DNA of 64,000 nucleotides from Nitrospirales bacterium (GTDB taxonomy: Bacteria; Nitrospirota; Nitrospiria; Nitrospirales; UBA8639), in NCBI GenBank assembly GCA_039794325.1, contig JBDIVP010000001.1:6233-70232 (forward strand), read 5' to 3'. Below are positions 57,833 to 64,000 of the stretch, one piece after another; positions within the stretch are counted from its first letter, which is position 1; the number at the start of each line of letters is the position of its first letter. A program made the translations under genes and the position numbers. Below the pieces are notes generated by a model. That model was not told where the DNA came from. It searched no databases and saw nothing but the letters and a program-made list of their open reading frames with translations.

Positions 57833-58852
57833 ATGACATCCATGATTAGAAAAACCGAATATACCGTCGCCGTGGTCGGCGCCACGGGAGCCGTTGGGAC
57901 TGAAATAATTCAGGTGCTGGAGGAACGAAAATTTCCGGTGAAGGAGCTTGTTCCGTTGGCCTCCGGCCGCTCCGAGGGATTGACTGTTGAATTTCAGGAC
58001 CGGGAAATCCCGGTCAAAGTCCTGGGCCCCGATTCCTTTGCCGGGGTGGATGTGGCGCTATTTTCGGCCGGTTCCGGCGTGAGTAAGGACTTCGGGCCCG
58101 TGGCGGTCAAAGCCGGAGCCGTGGTGATCGATAACAGTTCCGCTTGGCGGATGGATCCCCATGTGCCGTTGGTGGTGCCGGAAGTGAATGCGTATGCCCT
58201 CTCCGGACACAAGGGCTTGATCGCCAATCCCAATTGTTCCACGATTCAAATGGTGGTCGCTCTGAAGCCGCTGCATGATGCGGCCCGCATCAAACGTATC
58301 GTGGTGACCACCTTTCAGTCTGTTTCGGGAACCGGCAAGGAAGCCATGGAGGAACTCACCAACCAAACCCGCAAGCTGCTGGGGTTCGGCGCCGTGGCGC
58401 CTGAGGTCTATCCCCATCAGATTGCGTTCAACTGTCTGCCCCACATTGATGAGTTCCTGCCGAGCGGCTATACCAAGGAAGAAATGAAACTGGTCAATGA
58501 GACCAGAAAAATCATGGACGATATGAGTATTCAGGTGACCTCCACGACCGTGCGTGTGCCGGTCTTCGTCTGTCACTCGGAATCGGTCAATATCGAAACC
58601 GAACGGAAACTGACCGTCAATGAGGCCCGGGCCTTGCTGGCCGCCGCTCCGGGGATCCAGGTCTATGACGATCCGCAACGGAATCTGTATCCGCTGGCGA
58701 TCGACGTGGCAGGGACCGATGCCGTCTATGTCGGGCGCGTCCGCGAGGATGAATCGATTCCCAATGGGTTGAATCTGTGGATTGTGGCCGATAACTTGCG
58801 AAAAGGTGCCGCGCTCAACGCCGTCCAAATCGCGGAGGTCCTGTTCCGGTAA
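57833..58852 (+). CDS. asd: aspartate-semialdehyde dehydrogenase
   Basis: 339 aa (VAVVGATGAVG, the active site NPNCSTIQMV, RVPVFVCHS). Confidence 0.96.
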   Translation: MTSMIRKTEYTVAVVGATGAVGTEIIQVLEERKFPVKELVPLASGRSEGLTVEFQDREIPVKVLGPDSFAGVDVALFSAGSGVSKDFGPVAVKAGAVVIDNSSAWRMDPHVPLVVPEVNAYALSGHKGLIANPNCSTIQMVVALKPLHDAARIKRIVVTTFQSVSGTGKEAMEELTNQTRKLLGFGAVAPEVYPHQIAFNCLPHIDEFLPSGYTKEEMKLVNETRKIMDDMSIQVTSTTVRVPVFVCHSESVNIETERKLTVNEARALLAAAPGIQVYDDPQRNLYPLAIDVAGTDAVYVGRVREDESIPNGLNLWIVADNLRKGAALNAVQIAEVLFR

Positions 58853-58870
58853 ATCGCGGTTGGGTAGGTC

Positions 58871-59119
58871 GTGATGATGGACATGAGTGGAATCGGGAAA
58901 CTCCTGATGCTCATGGGAGTCGTCCTGCTGGTGCTGGGCGGACTCTTGATGATCCTGGGAAAAGGGGCCGGCCCGGGAGGGCCGCTGGGATGGTTGGGCC
59001 GGTTACCCGGCGATATCATCATCAAACGAGACTCCTTTACCTTGTATTTTCCATTGGCGACCAGCCTGTTAATCAGTATTGTGGGCAGTCTCCTGCTCTA
59101 TCTGTTTTTCCGCCGGTGA
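58871..59119 (+). CDS. DUF2905-family small membrane protein
   Basis: About 80 aa with two helices and the family-typical GRLPGDIIIKRDSFTLYFPLATSLLIS. The start is ambiguous (GTG 58871 or the ATGs at 58874/58877). Confidence 0.75.
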   Translation: MMMDMSGIGKLLMLMGVVLLVLGGLLMILGKGAGPGGPLGWLGRLPGDIIIKRDSFTLYFPLATSLLISIVGSLLLYLFFRR

Positions 59120-59125
59120 TCGTAC

Positions 59126-60319
59126 GTGAACCTATTTGACAGACGACCGCTTATATGGCTGATCGGCATGATGCTCGGGTTGAGTCTATCGCCACTTACC
59201 AGTGATGCCGCCACCCATGAAGTCCGGGTGGGGTTGGCGCAAGGCGTGACGGTGCTGACGCTCACCGGTTCCGAACCGTTTACCGTTCGGCCTTCCTCAG
59301 GATCACCGTATCGGGTTTCAGGCGCCGTGACCGTCAAACGGCAGGCGGAGGGCTTTCTCGTAAACAACCGGCTGGTGAAGGCCGGACAGGTGTCCATCGC
59401 CGATCGGCCCGGGATCACCTTTCAAATCCGCATCGCCGGCAATACCACCGGGACGGCCGGGGCCGAACGTGCCTGGACCGTCCGCGGTGTGCTGGATTTG
59501 GTGGGGATTGGTCCGGGGTTTACGGTGGTCAGCCGCGTGCCCCTGGAAGAGTATGTGGGCGGAGTTGTCTCGGGGGAAGTCAGTTCAGGGTGGCCGTTGG
59601 AATCGCTCAAGGCCCAGGCCGTCGCGGCCCGCACCTATGTCATGTATAAGAAAATGGAAAATCGAGCTCAACCTTTCGATGTTCTGGCCAGTGTGCAGGA
59701 TCAGGTCTATACGGGCCATGCCGTTCAACCCGAATCGATTCAGCGGGCCATTCAGGCCACCAAAGGAAAGGTGTTGACCTTTGATCAGCGGCCGATCTTT
59801 GCGGCCTATTCATCGACGGCCGCCGGTCCGACCGAAGATGCCTTGTATGTGTGGGCGTTGGATCTCCCGTATTTGAAAGGAGTGGATTGCCCGTTTGACG
59901 AACAATCTCCGCGATACGAATGGCAGGCGACGTTTACCCTGGAGGATTTGGAACGGCAGCTGCGGAAGGAAGGGTATCCGGTCGGAGCCGTGGCCACGTT
60001 GACCCCTTATACCTTTACACCCTCGGGGCGGGTGGATCGGGTGCGCATACTGCATTCACAGGGCGAGGTCATCCTTCGTGGACAGGACCTGCGCAGGATC
60101 GTCGGCTACTCCAAAATTTTCAGCACCCAATTTACCATCCATAAACTCGGGGCCGAGGTGGTCGTCGGAGGGCGGGGAGCCGGCCATGCCGTCGGCCTCT
60201 GCCAATGGGGGATGCGGGAAATGGCGCAACTTGGCTACGATTACCATTCGATCCTGCAATATTATTATCCCGGCACCACCCTGCTTCCGTTGGATCGAGT
60301 CACCCTCGCTTCCGACTGA
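59126..60319 (+). CDS. SpoIID/LytB-domain protein
   Basis: 397 aa with a GTG start and a signal-like N-terminus. It has SpoIID signatures (LEEYVGGVVSGEV, LKAQAVAARTY, GHAVGLCQWG). Confidence 0.85.
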   Translation: MNLFDRRPLIWLIGMMLGLSLSPLTSDAATHEVRVGLAQGVTVLTLTGSEPFTVRPSSGSPYRVSGAVTVKRQAEGFLVNNRLVKAGQVSIADRPGITFQIRIAGNTTGTAGAERAWTVRGVLDLVGIGPGFTVVSRVPLEEYVGGVVSGEVSSGWPLESLKAQAVAARTYVMYKKMENRAQPFDVLASVQDQVYTGHAVQPESIQRAIQATKGKVLTFDQRPIFAAYSSTAAGPTEDALYVWALDLPYLKGVDCPFDEQSPRYEWQATFTLEDLERQLRKEGYPVGAVATLTPYTFTPSGRVDRVRILHSQGEVILRGQDLRRIVGYSKIFSTQFTIHKLGAEVVVGGRGAGHAVGLCQWGMREMAQLGYDYHSILQYYYPGTTLLPLDRVTLASD

Positions 60320-60350
60320 TCCGGCCCCCTCCTGACCATTCCTGCCGTGT

Positions 60351-61370
60351 ATGCGACTCGCCGAATTTCAATTTCCATTTGACCCCACATTGGTGGCGAC
60401 CCAACCGGTTTCCCCACGAGATCAGGCAAGGATGCTGGTGGTGGACCGGCGGAACGGCCGTCTGGCCGATCGGCGCGTCAAAGATCTTCCGGAGATCCTG
60501 CAGCCGGGGGATGTGGTGGTGGTCAATGATACCAAGGTGATTCCCGCCCGGCTTTGGGGAACCAAGGTGCCCTCCGGGGGAAAGGTCGAACTGCTGTTCG
60601 TCCGGCAGGTGGATGAGGAGCATGTGGAAGTCCTGATGAGCGGCCGTGTGAAGCCCGGCCACCGGATCAGTTGTCCCGGCGGCGGCATGGCCGAAGTGGT
60701 GGAGCGAACCACCGGGCGAACCCTCATTCGATGGCAGGGGGCCAACAGTTTTCAGGAATGTCTGACGCAGTATGGCGAGGTGCCCTTGCCGCCCTATATC
60801 AAACGCCCGCCGCGTGCCGAAGACCGGGAGGATTATCAGACGGTTTTTGCACAGGTCGAAGGGGCGGTCGCGGCGCCCACCGCCGGATTACATTTCACGC
60901 CTGAGCTGATGTCGCGATTGACCGGGGCCGGGGTGGCGTCGGTGTCGATCACCCTGCATGTGGGCCCTGGGACCTTTTTGCCGGTGAAATCCGACGAGGT
61001 GGAAGGCCATGTCATGCATCCGGAATGGTTTTCCATTTCGGAGCCGGCTGTCCAGACCATAGAAGCGGCCAGGAAAAAAGGTGGCCGGATTTTGGCTGTG
61101 GGCACGACGGTGGCCAGAACCTTGGAATCGGCGGTAGATGAAACGGGCCGGCTGAGGGCTCAATCCGGGGACACCCGGTTATTTATCGTGCCGGGCTTTT
61201 CTTTTAAAGTCGTGGATATCCTGATGACCAATTTTCACTTTCCCGAAACCACGTTGCTGATGCTGGTGTCGGCCTTTGCGGGGATCGACCCGGCCCGAAA
61301 CGCCTATGACCATGCTGTCAAACAGCGATACCGATTTTACAGCTACGGCGATGCGATGCTGATTGTGTAA
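60351..61370 (+). CDS. queA: S-adenosylmethionine:tRNA ribosyltransferase-isomerase
   Basis: 339 aa (FDPTLVATQP, AAPTAGLHFT, TNFHFPETTLLMLVSAF). Confidence 0.95.
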   Translation: MRLAEFQFPFDPTLVATQPVSPRDQARMLVVDRRNGRLADRRVKDLPEILQPGDVVVVNDTKVIPARLWGTKVPSGGKVELLFVRQVDEEHVEVLMSGRVKPGHRISCPGGGMAEVVERTTGRTLIRWQGANSFQECLTQYGEVPLPPYIKRPPRAEDREDYQTVFAQVEGAVAAPTAGLHFTPELMSRLTGAGVASVSITLHVGPGTFLPVKSDEVEGHVMHPEWFSISEPAVQTIEAARKKGGRILAVGTTVARTLESAVDETGRLRAQSGDTRLFIVPGFSFKVVDILMTNFHFPETTLLMLVSAFAGIDPARNAYDHAVKQRYRFYSYGDAMLIV

Positions 61371-61509
61371 GGGGGGAAAGGGGAGGCGTAGGGAGGAAAA
61401 TGCGAGGGAGTCAATGGCGAGACATCAACATCATCTTGCGGATGATTGGAAACTGCATCCATCCCGGATGGCCTCAAACAAGTTGCGTTGGCCTCCTTAC
61501 GCCTCATTC

Positions 61510-62211
61510 TTAAAGAAGGTCAGGATTAATCGTCACATCGCCCCGCCCGCGTAACGCGGTTTGAAACGCCTGCAGGGCCCGTTGTTTTTTCTGAATGACG
61601 AACTGCATACGGATCTGCTCCAACACGTCCGGATCGACCGTGTCTCCTTCCTTGGCCTGGCGGGTGGCCAGTTCTTCGACTTCCTTCATTTCCGCAGGAG
61701 TCAGGGTGGTGGCTTCGGCGACCAGCAGGCGGGCCTTTTCGGCCAATAACTCCGCCTTCCGCCGTTCTTCAAATTTGTGCGGGGTCAACCGGTTATTGGC
61801 GAGCAGGCGTTGATAGTATTGGGGATCGAACACCCCATCCTTCTGAAACTCTTTTTGGTTCACGATGGAATCGTGCAATTCCTGGGTTGAGACGGCCAAA
61901 TTCAACTGGTCGGCCAGATTCTGCCAGGCCTTGGTGGTGATGAGGCCTTCCAGGGCCAGTTGCCTGATCGTTTCGTCCTTGATGTCGTCCTGGTTGAGTT
62001 GCTCCTTATAAAACCGGTAGTACCGTTGCTTGGCCTGGAGCAATTCCTCACGGCTCACGTTATAATCGCCCACGGTGGCCACGACGTTGGTTTGGCTGGC
62101 TTCAAAACCCCACCAGCCCATCCCGATCACGAAGGTGACGGCAATGATAATCATCAGGCCCTTGAGCAACCAGGGATATTTCTCAGAACTTTCGCGAATG
62201 GTCCGAATCAT
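61510..62211 (-). CDS. SurA N-terminal-domain chaperone-like protein (PpiD-like anchor, no PPIase domain)
   Basis: 233 aa. The N-terminus is PpiD-like (MIRTIRESSEKYPWLLKGLMIIIAVTFVIGMG). The remainder is helical and SurA-N-like. It is too short to contain a parvulin domain. Confidence 0.65.
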   Translation of the reverse strand: MIRTIRESSEKYPWLLKGLMIIIAVTFVIGMGWWGFEASQTNVVATVGDYNVSREELLQAKQRYYRFYKEQLNQDDIKDETIRQLALEGLITTKAWQNLADQLNLAVSTQELHDSIVNQKEFQKDGVFDPQYYQRLLANNRLTPHKFEERRKAELLAEKARLLVAEATTLTPAEMKEVEELATRQAKEGDTVDPDVLEQIRMQFVIQKKQRALQAFQTALRGRGDVTINPDLL

Positions 62212-62444
62212 GAAAACGCCTCCAACCAGAATGTCCTATATCTATCACTATTACACACTATACCCGATATGCGGGATTTTACGAAGCTCTGCCCGCAAAG
62301 GCAAGCGAAGGGGGGGTGCACAAGAAGATCCCGGCCGAGGCCGATGAGGCTGATGAGATCGATCCGCTTTACATGGCACAAGCGGCATGGTAAGCAACGG
62401 GGTTCAGCAACGGCATCACCCTCTTTTATCTTGAAAGGTCGGAT

Positions 62445-63875
62445 ATGAGTCACATACGAGTCCGGTTCGCTCCGAGTCCCACCGGCTACCTGCATATCGG
62501 CGGTGTGCGCACCGCGCTGTTCAACTGGTTGTTTGCCCGCCATACGGGCGGCACATTCGTGCTGAGAATCGAAGATACCGACCGCGACCGGTCTACCGAG
62601 GAAGCCATTCAAATCATCATGGAAGGCATGCGATGGACGGGCTTGGACTGGGATGAAGGCCCCTTCCGGCAGACGGACCGTCTGGATCTGTACTGGGAGC
62701 GGGCCATGGACCTGTTCGAACGGGGCCTGGCCTATTGGTGCGTCTGCACGCCGGAAGAACTGGAAGCCCGAAGAAAAGCCCAGCAGGCCAAGGGCGAATC
62801 GCTGAAGTACGACGGCCGGTGCCGGGACCGGGGCATCACCAAACCGGATCAGGCGGCCGCGCTCCGGTTCAAGGCCCCGCAGGAAGGTCAGACCGTCATC
62901 AATGATCTCATCAAAGGCCGCATCGTCTTCGAAAACAGCGTGCTGGATGACCTCATCATCCTCCGTTCCAACGGCTACGCCACCTATAACTTTTCCGTCG
63001 TCGTGGATGACGGGCTCATGAACATTTCGCATGTGATCCGGGGGGACGATCATGTCAACAATACCCCCCGCCAGGTCCCGCTCTTTCAAGCCCTGGGCTT
63101 TCCGGTGCCGGAATTCGCCCACCTCCCGATGATCCTCGGGTCGGATAAAACCCGCCTGTCCAAGCGGCATGGGGCCACCTCGGTGCTGGCCTATCGGGAC
63201 ATGGGCTATCTTCCCGAAGCCCTGATTAATTACCTAGTCCGCTTGGGGTGGTCACACGGGGATCAGGAAATCTTTTCAATGCAGGAAATGATCGATCTGT
63301 TCGACCTCAAGCAGGTGCAGGCCTCGGCGGCCGTCTTCAATCCCGAAAAACTGCTCTGGCTGAATGCTCAATATATCAGGACCAGCGAACCCAAGCGGGT
63401 GGCCGAAGCCCTGGTGCCCTTTCTCCAACAGGCCGGGTACGACGAGGCAGCCATCGCGCGAATCCCTGAAGGCGCCGAGGCCCTGGTGCCGCCCTTGCGG
63501 GAGCGTTCACAAACGCTGTTGGACATGGTGGAAGGGGCCGTGCCCTATCTGGCCGAACCCATGACCATGGATGAAACTGCAGCTGGCAAGCATTTAACCG
63601 CGGCCATCGCCCCCGTTCTCAAGGAGTTTGCGGATTCGGTTGAGGCTGCACCCGATTTTGCCAAAGAAACATTGGAACATCTGCTTCACGGCCTGATTGA
63701 ACGGCAGGGACTCAAAATGGGCAAAGTTGCCCAGCCCTTACGGGTGGCTCTGACCGGACGAACCATCAGCCCCGGTATCTTCGAAGTCATGGCCTTGCTG
63801 GGGAAGGAGCGGACCCTCCAGCGCATCCGCGCCGGAGTGGAACGGGCCATGAACGCCCAAGGGGCGGCGGGGTAA
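62445..63875 (+). CDS. gltX: glutamate--tRNA ligase
   Basis: 476 aa with a class I signature (PSPTGYLHIGG, the HIGH motif) and KLSKR (KMSKS-type). Confidence 0.96.
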   Translation: MSHIRVRFAPSPTGYLHIGGVRTALFNWLFARHTGGTFVLRIEDTDRDRSTEEAIQIIMEGMRWTGLDWDEGPFRQTDRLDLYWERAMDLFERGLAYWCVCTPEELEARRKAQQAKGESLKYDGRCRDRGITKPDQAAALRFKAPQEGQTVINDLIKGRIVFENSVLDDLIILRSNGYATYNFSVVVDDGLMNISHVIRGDDHVNNTPRQVPLFQALGFPVPEFAHLPMILGSDKTRLSKRHGATSVLAYRDMGYLPEALINYLVRLGWSHGDQEIFSMQEMIDLFDLKQVQASAAVFNPEKLLWLNAQYIRTSEPKRVAEALVPFLQQAGYDEAAIARIPEGAEALVPPLRERSQTLLDMVEGAVPYLAEPMTMDETAAGKHLTAAIAPVLKEFADSVEAAPDFAKETLEHLLHGLIERQGLKMGKVAQPLRVALTGRTISPGIFEVMALLGKERTLQRIRAGVERAMNAQGAAG

Positions 63876-63898
63876 TCGGGGTTTCTTCCAATCTTCGC

Positions 63899-63927
63899 TT
63901 GACTGCTTCCGAGCGGTGAATTAAGCT
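63899..63927 (+). promoter_or_regulatory. candidate sigma-70-type promoter for the tRNA
   Basis: TTGACT (63899-63904), a 17-nt spacer, then TAAGCT (63922-63927). The tRNA 5-prime end lies 10 nt further on. The -10 match is weak. Confidence 0.3.
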
Positions 63928-63937
63928 CATCTCAGGT

Positions 63938-64000
63938 TGGGGGATCGTCTAGCGGTAGGACGCCAGATTCTGGATCTGGCTGCCCAGGTTCGATCCCTGG
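63938..64000 (+). tRNA. tRNA-Gln (anticodon CUG), 3-prime acceptor strand cut off by the window end
   Basis: Manual fold: acceptor TGGGGGA, D-arm GTCT/AGCGGTA/GGAC, anticodon arm CCAGA/TTCTGGA/TCTGG (anticodon CTG), variable CTGC, T-arm CCAGG/TTCGATC/CCTGG ending at 64000. The U1 start is typical of bacterial tRNA-Gln. Confidence 0.85.

Overview
This 64-kb chromosomal window is mostly conserved housekeeping genes. I saw no rRNA, CRISPR array, transposase, integrase or recognisable defence gene.

Gene order:
1. A minus-strand TonB-dependent uptake locus at 136-6730: receptor, ExbB, two TonB-like proteins, a TPR protein and three small secreted or membrane ORFs, with no ExbD.
2. secA.
3. An NDUFAF7/MidA-type methyltransferase, directly followed by a complete nuo (complex I) operon with fused nuoCD (11455-26865).
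4. An EamA transporter, an exported ankyrin protein and an orphan membrane protein.
5. purH-purD-tsaC.
6. A gene-poor stretch at 34.3-37.8 kb that looks lower in GC by eye and appears to be decaying. It holds a DUF3617 protein, a methyltransferase, gene remnants and about 1 kb with no ORF.
7. Squalene-hopene cyclase bracketed by about 100-nt diverged direct repeats, then an RmlD-like reductase and ltaE.
8. Small orphan genes, and an operon containing a predicted membrane pseudokinase plus YifB/ComM.
9. bioF.
10. ilvB-ilvN-ilvC-psd-pssA-leuA-leuB-NHL propeller-asd-DUF2905-spoIID-queA.
11. A SurA-like gene, gltX and a tRNA-Gln truncated by the window end.

The gene content and order remind me of Nitrospirota- or Deltaproteobacteria-like genomes. 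That is an impression, not a computed placement.

I did not find a clear-cut novel multi-gene system. The best candidates for follow-up are:
- the atypical TonB locus with its paired His-rich CxWxC mini-proteins;
- the NDUFAF7 homologue linked to complex I;
- the pseudokinase operon;
- the repeat-bracketed shc;
- several unexplained intergenic repeats and hairpins.

All similarity statements come from reading translations and DNA by eye. None was verified by a database search.
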